Positions 36,521 through 50,664 of a DNA stretch of 64,000 nt are shown here, one piece after another; position 1 is the stretch's first letter; each line of letters begins with the position of its first letter. The DNA lies in contig JAQGDQ010000154.1 of assembly GCA_030141605.1 (NCBI GenBank), positions 372,001-436,000 on the forward strand, in the 5' to 3' direction. The notes under the pieces were generated by a model. The model was not told the origin of the DNA and made no database searches. It worked only from the letters and a program-made list of their open reading frames with translations. The position numbers and the translations under genes were made by a program. The stretch comes from Tubiluchus corallicola. Its lineage: Eukaryota > Animalia > Priapulida.

Positions 36521-37104
36521 CTTCCGTTCATCAGTTGAACATTTACCACTGTGCTACCTATCCATCGGTAATGCTGTATAAATGTATAAATACTGTATTG
36601 AAGCAATATAAATAACCCGCGCTTATGTGTGTAAGTGATGCATCTAATTATAACAGGTGTGATTTCTATTAAAAAAAGTACGAACACAGAGATTCTGATA
36701 AAAAGAAATGAGGCTACACAAAGCCATCAAAGAAAATTCTTTTTCTTGTTTTAAAAGGCACTTTCATTTGATGCTTCAACATCTGCACATTAGGTCTGCA
36801 TTTCATCCTATCCGTTAGTTATGATTCTTTAATATGGAGGCAATTTGCGAGCATGGGGCGGGAATGCCATTCGCTGCCACCCTATCCTTGTTTAAACAAT
36901 CATTCCTACTCATCCTACAGGCTGGCTTGTCATGTTATACCCGTGATTATAGCAAAAACATGTGCGACAGAGGAAAAACATGGAACGCGGTAAACTAATT
37001 CACGGTTCCTTAATGCGACACAGAACGCGCTTACAGAACTAATTTGTGATATCATCAATATGTGACCGGCTTATTTTCAGTTAAGTTGGTTTTTCTACCA
37101 CAGG

Positions 37105-37490
37105 ATAAGATAACGTTATTGCATGAGAAGGCAGAGTAACGTGATTGTACAAGCATGTAAGATAACGTTATTGCTTAAGTTTGTAGATAGTGTAACCTTA
37201 TTGTACAAGCATGTAAGATAACGTTATTGCTTAAGTTCTAAGTAGTATAACGTTATTGCACAAGCATGTAAGGTAACGTTACTGCTTAAGTTGTAAGTAG
37301 TATAACGTTATTGTACAAGCATGTAAGATAACGTTATTGATTAAGTTGTAAATAGTATAACGTTATTGCACAAGCATGTAAGATAACGTTATTGCTTAAG
37401 TTTGTAGATAGTGTAACCTTAGTGTACAAGCACATATGACAACATTATTGCTTGAGTTGGTAGGTAGAGTAACGTTATTGCAACGACATG
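37105..37490. repeat. ~55-bp minisatellite, ~7 copies, built from two taacgttattg half-units
   Basis: caagcatgtaagataacgttattgcttaagtt recurs every 54-56 bp. Confidence 0.88.
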
Positions 37491-39625
37491 TAAAAGTTAA
37501 TACGTTACTGTTTAGCTATTCGCGCAAGCATGTGCCGTTACAATGCCCGACCACGTAGATATGTACGTGTATATATTTCTGTTATTCCATGTATATTTCA
37601 GCACGTTCTGTTCGAAAATTGGATCACTTTTTTGCTTAATTGAGTGATCGACGGGATAGGCGAACAGTAACGTTTTGTCGTACGTCAATTGATGCTACGT
37701 TATTCTAGCAACAAAAAATTGTTTAGAAATGTGGTTTTGGTGCCCTGATGGACCAAAATGATGCACCTTTAACTGGGTTAGAAATATAACAAGCGATTTT
37801 ATATAATAAAGATTTAAAAATGGATTAAAGTACTTTTAAACCACAATACAATAATCTGTTATTTTGCTTTAACTGTAATAGGCTTTCGTAGTTTCTTTAC
37901 TGACAGCAACAGTCAAGGGAAAGCCCGAGACATTGTTCTTTGCTACCAAAAATATTGTGAAATTTTGTAGCTATTTAATTCCTGTCACTCGTAATAATTA
38001 AACGATAAAAACTCTCCGATTTCCGGGTTCTTTTAATACAATGAGTAGTGATGATGATAATGACCACGTGACGTGACGATGATAACGATGTGATGATGAT
38101 GATGACGACGATAGTGATGATAATGAAAATGACCATCACGTTAATGCTCCAGTTGTTACATACTCTTTGGTCAGGTAACTTTCCTTTTTCTATACAAAAT
38201 GGCGGTATGTTTCGAACATGTCTGTGTCCTGAATTCTGCAAAACAGTCGGCCATTTCGATCAACCCTTGTGGCCAACCATCCAACAGTCAATAAGTTTTG
38301 TTATCCTGCAGTTGCTTAGTTGCTCTTTCGTCAGGCGCCCAAGTTTTTGTTAGTAAATTGTCTAAGCGGCCTTTTTGGTCGAGTTATTCTGACTCGAGCG
38401 AAACATGTGCATGAAAAATTGCAACACAAGAAAAAAATGGTTTAAATAAATAATCAATTAATTAGAGGTACGCACATATAAAATTAATCGTCTTCAGCTT
38501 TCAGATTTAATAAGAAGATGACTTGATAATTCCATTTACTGTTCTATTATGCCGTGTTAATTACGACCCCTTTAACGTATTACACAGCTTCCAAACATAA
38601 TCAGCAGGAATATTATGTTTGCTTATTCTGGCCTTTCTACGTAGATTATTCACTAATAATTTGAAGTAAAGGAAACAAATAAAATCTATTTCCCATCATA
38701 CAGATATTTTCCATAACCTTCCACAACTTTTGAAACTATGATTTTCCCACTTACGGCTCAATTTGTGTTATGTATATGTAGACTATCTTTTCTAGTTTAC
38801 GTAACATTAAACGAAAAGTGTCCCAAGTTATTACACATTATTTATATGCACCTCTCTCAGCGGTAACCTCTTAATTACCCCTGACACATTAATTTACCAG
38901 TAATTAACAGCTAAAATGAACCACGTCTGTTTATCGGCGAAGCTGACGAAATTGTGTAGCGCTTCTTATTAAAGGCTCAAACAGGATTAATCCTTGGTGC
39001 TTAATTCATCTATAAACGCTCTCACTATATGCACACGCTTGCATCTCTAGTGAATTCCATCGTGAGCGATGGGATTCCCTTCAAACGAAGTCAATTAATA
39101 GATAATACACTCCTAATTATTGGTTTATTATAATTTAAAAATTCATGATTTTCGTTCTCCCCCATGGTACGACTATAATTGCAAAATTATGTGCTTCAGA
39201 ATCAGTAGTTAATAGGTTGCAAGTACGAGCTACCTGCTTGTGTGACCTCTAACTGCAAATATAACTATAATATGTGAACAGATATCAATAACAAACGAAT
39301 TAATATAGGTGTGTCATTAAGTTATTAATGAGACGAAGCTTTCACTTTGAGTAGTAAGTAAGTATTCTTGAGCTTTATAATTTGTGTTTTGAGTTTGACT
39401 TTACATATCACTTACTGATGAGGATAAACTGGAACTTTTGCTAAGCAGTGATGATTATGATGTTAGCAGCAAAGTTTTTTATTAAATGCTTTAAAAAAAG
39501 AAACTCTAAACACTAATGAGTTTTGTTTTCAAAACAACAAATTTGTTTTTCTTTAAATATATTGTTTTTATGTAAAATGTATGATGATGCTCAGCCAAAC
39601 GTTTAGGTTTATTGTGTTTGTGTAG

Positions 39626-39878
39626 GTATTGTATTGTATTGTATTGCATTGCATTGCATTGCATTGCATTGCATTGCATTGCATTGCATTGCATTGCATT
39701 GCATTGCATTGCATTGCATTGCATTGCATTGCATTGCATTGCATTGCATTGCATTGCATTGCATTGCATTGTATTGTATTGTATTGTATTGTATTGTATT
39801 GTATTGTATTGTATTGTATTGTATTGTATTGTATTGTATTGTGTTGTGTTGTATTGTATTGTATTGTACTGTACTGTA
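39626..39878. repeat. (GTATT)n/(GCATT)n pentanucleotide microsatellite
   Basis: Read directly. Confidence 0.97.
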
Positions 39879-40643
39879 CCACTGAAAGAAGGTTTCGTCA
39901 AAATGCGATTGTTTGCATTATTAATTTCATGAATGCAGGAAGAAAATATAAACGAGCAGAGAAAGGAAAAGAAAAAACAAAATAGAGAAAAAGACAAGAA
40001 GAAATATGGAAAGAAGGAGAAATCTTGAGAGAAATAAGGAGATTGAACTTTTTAAATTTTTATTTTTATACTAAAATTATGTTTGCCATGACCTGGTGTA
40101 CATTCACAAGTGCATACATTCACGGCGTATGTTGGCAATGATACGCTGAAGCTTTAGTGGTTGCAGATGACAAGCGACAGTAATGCTGGGGGGAGGGGGG
40201 GATTTTACCTCGACCAAACTTCCATGTTTAGATTAAAATAGTTTACTAAGTATACGGTTGTGAGTGAATGTGAAATTTGTAGTTTGATTAGTAAAATCGA
40301 ATGGGAACTGTTTATGTTCTTTTAATATTGAAAATCACCGTGTAGCTAAAAAACAAACCTCGAGAAAATTCTGATTTACCGCGTCTGATTCAAATCAGAC
40401 TCACCAAATGAACAGCCGCTCTTTGTCTCATGACCCAATATGCTGTACCTTTATAAAACAATAAGACATTTAAGAGTTATTGACTAGATGCCTTTCTTTT
40501 ATAGTCATATAAGGATAAAAATAGTAGTAATACCCTAGTGAAGCAGCTACGTAACAGAGATATTAGGTAGAGACGTCCTGCATAAGTACTAAATGGCAAT
40601 CCATCTTATATACATAATTTTTGTTTCATCTTAAATATATCGC

Positions 40644-40718
40644 ATTATTTTATTATTATTATTATATTGTATTGTATTATTATTATTATTATTGTTATTA
40701 TTATTGTTATTATTACTA

Positions 40719-40813
<95 letters not shown>

Positions 40814-40823
40814 GTTGTTGTTA
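40644..40823. repeat. (TAT)n microsatellite
   Basis: Read directly. Confidence 0.97.
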
Positions 40824-42638
40824 TTTAAAGACTTGTTAAATACTCCAATTGATTTTTCGTGAATACTTGACATGTGGTACTAGATCGGGGAGCAAGGCAT
40901 CAAATTATGAGTAATGCTATGTTGCATAACGGAGGTACCTAAGGTGAATAGATGCATTGGTTATGTTATTGTACGAGAAAAACTCAGCCCCTTATTGAAA
41001 GTTTAGTTACAATGCAGTTACATTGTTGGTCTGAGAAATTATAGAAAAGAAATTAAAGGAAGAGAGAATAATACACATTTTACTAAACAACATAGAGTAA
41101 TGGCTTCCACATAGGGACTAATGTAATGGCTTCCACATGTGTGTAATTTATCAGGAAAAAGCCTTTTCATTTCTAAACTTTGCCCACCCCCCTCTGTCTA
41201 AACAATCTAAAAACAACGCCAGGCTAGTGTTTTGTTTCGGTTGGTCGTCTCCAGCTTCAGTAGAACTCATGGGGTAGATAGTATCTAAATTGCTGAGCAA
41301 TTACCCCGCAACCATTCCGCCCATATGTCGAAATGTAAACAGTTTGCTTTACTGAGCGTGATAAGTGCCACTTTACACTGTCGAATTAGCAACAGCGTTG
41401 CATAACGTAAGCTCCTCTGCTCCGCCCGTACATGCTAGACTGACAATTAGTAATTAAGAATTATCTCGAGTTGCGATTTCCTGATCTTCGCCCTACAGAT
41501 CGGCTACAAAGATTTAGGAAGTAAGAAACATTAGTAAATGGCCCAATTTTTGTCACCAATCGCATTGCTCTTAAATTGTTTAAGGCTTATTATTACAGCA
41601 TATTATAAAATAAAAATAATTATCATTCTATACATATATAAAGCTAGAATAGCAGATTAATATTTAAAATTAATAAAGTGGTCAATAACTTAACAAGAAT
41701 TACAAACTCTGGTGAAATTTTAAATTCTTATATAACATTATTTTTACTATGAACACAATGGTCGAAAGACTATAGCGTTTATACAACAAGTATTCGAACA
41801 ACCAATAATAAGCACTCTTTCAAAGATCATGCATATTACTCGATTTTGTTCTGCAGTAAAACTACTAATAGTATGTTGAAAAATTGTGCACAGAAATCAC
41901 GGCTGAATTTTGCTAACTAGTTCCAAACATTTTTAATGATAAAGAACGTATCCGAACGTATGACATTTTGAGCAGCTTAGGATACAGCGCACAATGTTAA
42001 CAATGGAGATAAGCATGATTGACGAAAATTTTAATCAGTTTCTTAAAAAATCTCTTATAGAGTAGCAGCAGTATCTATTAGATATAGGCTTACTATCTGA
42101 TGCAATTATTATCTATTTGCTTTTATTCTTACTTAAAGCTTAAATTAATTTCTTCTGCTTCATTTATCTAACTAGGCCAAGACTCCAAGTTTAACAAGCA
42201 CTTTGAAACATCTAACTACGTACTCGAGTATGAATTTATCATGTAGCACGTAGAAATGTTCAACGGAGCTCACACAAAGGCAATTTCATTGTCAAAATTT
42301 CGCACTCTGACGCCTAATACGTCTACTCCTTCCCCACTGCAGACTCAATTCTTCACAAAGCCAAGTCGCCTTAATTAGCAGCCATTTTGACTTTGTAAAT
42401 AGAACTGGCGGTGTGAGAAGCGAGGAATGTGAATTCGTCTGTTCAAGATTCTACACGCTACCTATTACTAAACGGTTGTGTTACTCGCTAAAAGTGTTTC
42501 TACTGGAGTTATAACTAAGTTTTTTATTTTGTTTTGAGCACGACTGCTGCGTTCAGCACTATGTGAATGAAATTACACTTTGAACAAAAGGAGGTTTCGA
42601 AAATTTTAGATTTAACTTCACTCTCAACAATAACACGC

Positions 42639-42640
<2 letters not shown>

Positions 42641-42693
<53 letters not shown>

Positions 42694-42698
42694 CTCTC
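42641..42698. repeat. (CT)n microsatellite
   Basis: Read directly. Confidence 0.97.
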
Positions 42699-42774
42699 TT
42701 TTGAATAATGAGCATAGCTAAACTATCACCTTAATTGTCAGTCAAATTATAGTTTTGTATTAATAGTTTACAGG

Positions 42775-43128
42775 TTCATAGACATAGGTATATATAGATG
42801 CAGATATGTACATAGGCACACATACAATAGATACAGAAGCAGACATAGACAAAAATTTTGAAATGGACATATATGTAGAGCATAGACATAGTCGTGCACA
42901 AACATAGACGTAGTCATACACGTGAGGCTAAAACATAGGACATAGGCACAAACATAGATATAGACATAGAACATAGGCTCAAACATAGATACAGACATCG
43001 AACGTAGACATAAACACAGATATAGACATAGATCTTAGACATAAACATAAATGTAGACATAGAACATAAGCATAAACATGGATATAGATACAAAATACAG
43101 GCATACATTGACATAGATATAAACATAA
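42775..43128. repeat. Degenerate (ACATAG)n hexamer repeat
   Basis: Recurring acatag/acataa hexamers. Confidence 0.8.
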
Positions 43129-44239
43129 TTATATATAACCGTATCGATGTAGCTTACACGACATACAGGCGTAGAAATGAAAATATTGCGTCCTTATCTT
43201 TATTAGTTTCTTGTGTCGCCAGTTTCCAGTTTAAAATTTGAACTATTGAAAACCCACATACATTGTGAAATTAACAACTATCTAATCTTATGCAGGTTCG
43301 AAGTCACCAAACATGATGCATTCAAAAACAAAAACGCAACTTTAATGATGTTGTCTGCCGCATATTAACTTAGTAAAATAGTAAGAAGTTTTAAGAGAAA
43401 ACATTTATTTATTCTGTGCTTGGTATGGAAGTAATATTTTTTCATAAAAAATTGTTTGGTTTATATAAACAGTGTAAACTTTTAAAATATATGTTTCTAT
43501 TTTAAAACATGTGCTTATTTCCTATGTTCGCTATTATGTTTCTGTCAATTGCAGCTTTTTACCACATGAAAAACTGCGTCATCTTTTGTACCTATTTACT
43601 TGTGACTCCCAAAATTACTGCAGTTTTTATATTTATATTGATATTTAGTAGTAGTAGTGATTTTGTAGTAGTAGTAGTAGTAATTTTATTAATACAGTAA
43701 ATAAATCCTTACAACGAATTTTACAAAAAAGTCCTCTAAAAACGACCAGCAGACGAAGCAAAGGGCAGCTGTATATTTAAACTATATTTAAATCGATAAC
43801 AATATTTTCAATGGCAATTATCGATACAAGTTTAAAATCATATGAGTACATTTACACATGGACATAATGTTATTCCAATTTTCAAAAAAGTTTTTTAAAT
43901 TGGCAAAGTCCAAACTGTTAATTTTTTTCCTCATTTCCTCTATCCTAGTAAAGTCACACACAAATGATTTTCAGTCTGTACACTCCCACAGGTGCACAAC
44001 CTCTGATTTTGTAGGATTCTTGACATGCATATAAATGCAAAAAAATGTAATAAATGTTAATACAAAATAGAAATTGTACAATATTTGTAAACGTAGTAGT
44101 ATGTTAACAAAGTGTAAAGCATCGTTTGAAGCTCTTCACTACTGAAACTACTTATAACTCGTTCCTCATAAATAATGAAATACGACTCGCTGCAAGTAAA
44201 GCAGTATTACAAAATTGATAAGATTATTTACTGAATGCA

Positions 44240-45010
44240 CAGAAATTCTCTTTTTTTAATACAGGCACTTAAAAGCATTTGAAACAACTGTACCCCATAT
44301 TCAGCTACGTATTGTGTTATAATTTGGCAATAACTTCCCATTTAAAGACAAAACGCCCACATTCTTACAGTCTAGTACTAGGTACATCGATTTCAGTGCA
44401 GCAGCTGCAATGCTATTTACCATGGCAAAACATCCAGACACTTTAAAGTAACAATTTGTGAACATTTGGGTATTTCATTTAGAACTGTCAATAAGTAAAA
44501 AGATTCTCCTCAAGCATTAATAACCATATTTGTGCCTTTGGCCACATAGCTGATTTTAATCATTTCAGATACAAGAGCTGCAAATTACTGGGACTTATTA
44601 ATAAATGAAAGTTTATCTATGTACCCTGCTAAGCCTTCTTTTAATGAACAAGACAGTTCAATTCTTTTAACTTTATTTTCACTTAGCGATTTGTAAATGT
44701 CAATTTCTTTTCTTCAGATCTGCTTAATCATTACCTATTAATTTGGGCTTTAGTGAATACATAATTAGTGCATAAGTTACTGTATTAATTTCTTTACTGG
44801 CCTGCTTATTCGTTATGTATTTGGCTTTTGTTAACTATTTAATTGGTGTATAGTAAGCTTTGCCTATTTAAACTGGTTGTATGTTTATAAATTTTCCACT
44901 GATGATGACATCAGTCGTCTGTCGAAACGTTTGGCATGATTTTAGCTATGTAAAGTAAAAGTTTTAATAAAGTTCTGTTGTTTTAATCGTAAATTTTACC
45001 TAGTGTAGTA
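44240..45010 (+). mobile_element. Decayed Penelope-like retroelement 3' end (GIY-YIG endonuclease remnant plus pseudo-LTR)
   Basis: Frameshifted translation PHIQLRIV / FPFKDKTPTFLQSS / VHRFQCSSCNAIYHGKTSRHFKVTICEHLGISFRT / SSINNHI / DLLINESL...PSFNEQ fits the PLE GIY-YIG pattern; a hammerhead core and AATAAA follow. Confidence 0.8.
44896..44934 (+). ncRNA. Minimal type I hammerhead ribozyme motif (Penelope-associated)
   Basis: cca-CTGATGA-t-gaca-tcagtcgtc-tgtc-GAAA-cg-tt-tgg: both conserved core boxes, stem II GACA/TGTC, palindromic stem III AACGTT, short stem I CCA/TGG. Confidence 0.65.
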
Positions 45011-48000
45011 TGAGGCATAAGACAAAAGACGTGAGACTGAAGTACTAATTCAAAAACGACTATCCTGGTTATTAAGGCTTTAAATAGTTTCTCCATTCAT
45101 CTTGCTATCACTGTTTCGAACGTGTGTATTCCATATACCTAATAAGTCATATCACTAGTATAAGAGTTTGATGGTATTCCTATCAACTTATGTAAAACCT
45201 TTCTAAACTCTACACTCGGTAAATACATATAACTGCATATTTTCATATGTTTACTGGTTATAATATCTTTATTTGTCATTAATGTATATTGATAATCACT
45301 GAAAAAACACTCTACAGAGATGATCAATCAGTTTTAGTTAATAAAAACTCACACTGGTAAATTCAAATGCGCCAGTGCAAGGCAAGAGTAGAAACGAAAT
45401 TTAATGACGACTAAAATTAAAAATTGCTTAATTAATAATAGTAACAATATTATTAGCATCATTTTATTTCGAATATACTTTACATAATTAATTCATAAAA
45501 AAGATTATTACAGGATTAGTATTAAAAAACAACATAACGATTATAAAAAGAATTAATTGACTTAGTATTTCTGATAAAATATATAAGCAGTACATCTTTC
45601 AAATTATGGCCGTGCGTATAAAAATTCTATATTGGCATGTATGTTGTCGTACTGGTTTGATGGTACTTCATATTTGCTTAACATTAATGATTTTAATTTC
45701 TGTTTTAAATGCTGATAGGAGCCATGTTTGTTTAACGTGTAATGGTAAAGAATGTTATAAATGGTGAAATTTATTTTCTAAACGTAGAGGGTACAAGAAT
45801 AAACTCTTTGTTGGTACTAATAATGACTAATGACCAGCCTTCGTTTTTGTCTTGTGCGTCATCTATTTCCATTGTTAATTTGTTATAGAGTTTTCTACCG
45901 CACATGCAGTGCGTAGTCATAAAAGCGATTGGGGAATTTGTTTAATAGCTAATAATTATCACAGAATACTTCACTAAAGCTGTGATAACAAGCTACCCGC
46001 TACTGATGTAACCGCTTTATTAAGCATTTTCCAATTTTGTCCGAATTCTCCAAGGACCGCTGGTTCTGTCAGCATCAAATAGATGCGTTCCGCGATTCAT
46101 GAAAGCCCGCACAAACCTTCCAGGCATAGCTAAGCGATACGGCGACTTGTACAAAGTGGCAATTTATTCAAATTTCCAATAAAAAGAATCTCATTTTCGA
46201 CTAATTGGCCAACTCTTTAAATTTTGGCGCATGCGCACTATGATCTATAGATTTACCAGCGCGCTTAATTGCATTATGCGGTTCTCGGCGTTACTCATTA
46301 CGTAATGATTATCATTATGAATCAAGTAATCACACTTTTGACAGGATAAATGAATAGATAAAATAAGCAAGAACAACAGAGAGTAATACACGTTTGCTTA
46401 TAATTAAATGATGCTAGGCAATCTATAGGAACCTTATAGACAGATTAGAAACACCCCGTCTGGCGGGCGGATGACAAGTGTAGTCTAGGGAGGGGGAGAG
46501 GAAATAACCGAATAATGGTAGAGAAAGTATCTCGTATAAAAAGCGTGAGTTGGGTAGTATCTTACACAAATGGAAGGCGACGCATGCAGACAACTTTAGC
46601 TAAGAGTTGAGACGTTAACCGTTTTTGTTTTCCAACATTTGTCGTACAACAAAAATCGGAAGTGTGTTATGGTTGTCTAATTTTTGTTACCACACACAAA
46701 GTGCTGGTGCTACGCCAACAAAAATAACAGCCAAACAAAAGTTATTGAAAATTTTGCAGCGTTTTGTTGATTTCTGCACTTGAAATTTTGATCTGATTTA
46801 GCCGTGTTTTAAGCAGTGCCCCGTTTTTGGTTACGCCACCGGTAATTGAAGACAAATTTGGTTCTACGAGGTTGGAGTGAAATACCAATCAGGAAGATGA
46901 TTTGTCCTGGGTCCTGCAAGTGGAAATAAAGGAAGTAAAATTGTTTGGGATAATGAGATTGTCCGGTTGTAAAGAGCTCCTCTAACCAGTGCTGACTTAT
47001 TACAAATCTTTTCTGACATGCTATCACGTTTTTCAAGCCTCCTTATCAACTGTTATGTTTTCGGAAAATGCATTAATGTTAACTTTAATTTGATAGAACA
47101 GCGCACACAAACCCTTATTTCCCTAATTACTTTATGCACTCCACTAATTCCTTACAGAAATGATATTGATTTCTTTGCCTCCCCAGACAGGAGGCGAAAA
47201 AAGAGGCTCGCAAATAGCAGCAAATTAAATATTAGTCATTACTTTGGCAGCAAATAACTCGCCAGCATCGTTTTAAATAGCAAATAAACACGCAATTTGC
47301 AGGCTGACGACACGCGCGAAATTGGCTGTCATTGGATTTAAGGCTGGTTCATACGTGCATGAAAATGGGTGAAGTTTCCGGCCAGCTGCACTTGAACCAA
47401 TTCATTGAAATGAAGAATCGAAAAAACGACACAAATTTCTAGCGAGTAAATCTCGCTCGCCTATTTACATGAAACGTTTAGGCGCACGCCGAGAGACCAG
47501 AAATAACTGTCAATTTTTTCTGTGTAACCATAGATGTGAAATCGGTGTGCGTACATGCGCCAGCGGGAGACCATTGGTCAGCGCACCGGGGGTGAGTGGG
47601 CGAGTGAATGGACGAGGCGGAGAAGCCGGGGTCTAATTACCTACACCCCACCGTCCAGTTCTCCTGTAATGCTTGATTGACAGGCCTTGGAATAAAGAAC
47701 AACTGTCAACCGTGTTCATTGATTCAACATCCACAATCATATACTACAACTTTGCAATTGTTCGTAGTCACTTCACTAAACTATGACTGACATCTCTGTC
47801 AGCCGTCAGTTTTGTAGAGGGAATGTTTTTCTCTACCCTGATTTGAGTATGCAAGAAACATCACTTAGGGTGTCTGCAGTAGGTCTGTCCTTGGCCTTTG
47901 CAATTCTATCTATCTGGCTACTGAGTAGCTTAATAGGCCTAACAAGTTTGGACGTTGTTCATTTTAACCATGTTTTGTGTATGACAAGATAAAGAGAGAT

Positions 48001-49105
48001 ACCATTGTGAGAGAATTATGGTCACTCCCTGTAGTACAATAGTATAAGCACTAACGGTCTGGCGTAAAAATATTTTCTTTTGTTGCAGGAATTCTGCATC
48101 TTTAAGTTGTAACTTGGAAAATGTACTTGTAGGTGGTAATTAGTCACAAGCTAATAGTACTTGCTGACTAGCTGTTCAAGTGATTACGTTTTATAGTAAT
48201 ATTACGTAATAGATGGTCAGTAATAATTTATGTAAAACACTTAATATCTTGTTTACTTGTTTTAGAGCACCAGGATGTTAATTATATGCTAACTTGTCGC
48301 GGTAAGTTGATTTTAATCAAGTTTGCTAATATTTTGTTAGATAATTTAGTTTGTCACGTGATTATTTAACTTTAGAAAATTGTTATCAATGTCAGTTAAG
48401 AAGGTAATAATAAGTAATACAATGCTAGTATAGCTATTGTAAGTTGTTAACAATGACATGTAAATACAGTCATTATAGAGTCATCAACTGTTATAGCCCT
48501 GCAAATAGAGGGCGCATGTATATATGTATAAGTTTATATGCTCTAAATAAAGAGTTATAATAATAATAATAATAACAACAATAATAATAATAATAAGTAT
48601 CCTTTGTGTTTTTAACAGTATGATGTGCATTTGTAAGACGACTATAATATGAGAGGGAAGACCAGTTTTACTATTCAAATCATGAAGTTCGTGATGCAAA
48701 ATAGCGAATTATTATTTTTCAGGCTTTCAAATTACGAATATTTTTATAATAGTAAAACGAATGAACGTTACGAATGCAAATTCCAATTTATGTGATAAAA
48801 TGACTATTATGGAACCTGCATACTTTCGCAAAAACACGATTTGGTTGTTGTTCGGTTAATGCGCATCAAATCAATGGTATTTACCGTTTAAGCTTTAGTT
48901 GGCTTAACAGCAAAGCGAAAATAAAGCCAAATACTTTACAAATATTTAATCATTTCTTGTAAGTAATGAAGAGACGTCGTCTCTAATATATCTGTCGCAC
49001 ACAAACATAATACATGCATTAATTACTTATTTAAGCAATCGTCGGGGCGGATCTAGGAAAAGGAGGGGTGTTGGCTGAAAAACGATTATAAGCAATTTTA
49101 AGAAA

Positions 49106-49647
49106 TTAAAGAAAGGGACACGTCGTTTAACATGTTGCGTTTATTTTTACTGTTATCACTTAAACTTAGAAAAATATAGCAAAGAAATTTACACAAAACC
49201 TGTCTATAAAGCGTAAAGTTAATTTATACTACCGCTGTAGAGAAATTTTCGAGCGCAGAGTTACCGTGGTGGCCGCCATGTACTTGAAAATTATGGCGCA
49301 ACCTTTCGTAAGTGAATCGTGTCTTTTCGTAAGCATGCGCTGCTTAAGTTAATTCAAACTTTTGCAGCTTACGTCGTAAAATTGGCTATATACTTTTTTA
49401 TATAAAAACTCATTGTAGTTTTTAACGGAATATGGCAGTGCCATGCTTTTCTTCAAATGAACGACGTAATTGGTGGAAGAATGAGCGTTCAAAATTGGAG
49501 CATTTGAGCTTGAAACGATCACGACATTAAAGTGATTTTACTAATTACGCGAGGCTTTCATAACACTTTTATTACTAAATCATTCTAGCATTTCTCGTGA
49601 ACATTGAAATAAGCCTAACTTTGCAGAAGTCTTGGACTTTTCTTTAA
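49106..49647 (+). mobile_element. TTAA-flanked family 2 copy (Kolobok-like)
   Basis: TTAA-agaaagg ... cttttct-TTAA; similar to the 55450 and 36520 copies. Confidence 0.68.
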
Positions 49648-50664
49648 GGGCTAAATGGTGGATATGTTGCTAATATTATTAATTCTTTTATTCCCGCGTT
49701 TTGTCATACGTAAGGCAGCACTGCAGATCATATAATGGAATACAAGTTGTTTGTTTTTAATTCACAAGGATGTATTACACCTCTCTTACCTTTGTACTGG
49801 TAGCCAACAGCCATTGATAAGTTTCAACAACGCTGTTTTGTTCTACTGACGACCATTAACATGGGGAAATTAGGCAAAAATAATTATCAAAACAGAAACT
49901 TTCTTAGATACATAAGTGGCCTACGTAAATAACGTTTCCAAAAAGTGGACTAACATAAATAAGTTCACCCAATGTTAAAACTAGTTTCTGGCATACTTTA
50001 CTCAACAAGACAATCAATATGTCGAATGCAAAAATGAGAAACTTCATGTATTTACTTGGTTTAAGACATGCAGTACTCTTTCCACCGAAGCAAATTAACC
50101 AAGATGTGCGTAAATTGAGTTCTGATGTGTAGCACCAGTCATTGGGTTGAAGACAACCTTTCTGTGTGCTCCTCAGCAGACATGGAACGCCACTTCACAA
50201 TGGGAATTTAGACTTACTCAAGCGTCAGATATTGAGGATTGGCATTTATAGTGCTTCTTATTGTGACGTCCACACCAATCAGTGACAAGCTCAATGGCAG
50301 AAAATGGGGCCTGATGGACCGAGACAGGCGTACAAAACAGCTCGAGTAGGGTGATTACACTGTCCACTAACGTAATAATTGGACTGGATAATGGCGAGCT
50401 GACGAGCAACAAATCTGGACACGTTGTGAAACTACTTCACTTTAATACTATAACAAGTCTGATTAAACCTATTTTTATTGTTTATTTCATAATCCCGTTT
50501 GTTGTTTTAAGCAATTTAATATAATGATTAACATGTGCCCTGAGACCAGAAAGAATATAGTATTTTCAGATTCAAACGTCCAAAGAACAATCTTAATTTG
50601 TATACCATAAAAAGGCAGATAATGTATCTAAAATATGGAATAAACCACACTAACATGATACCGA

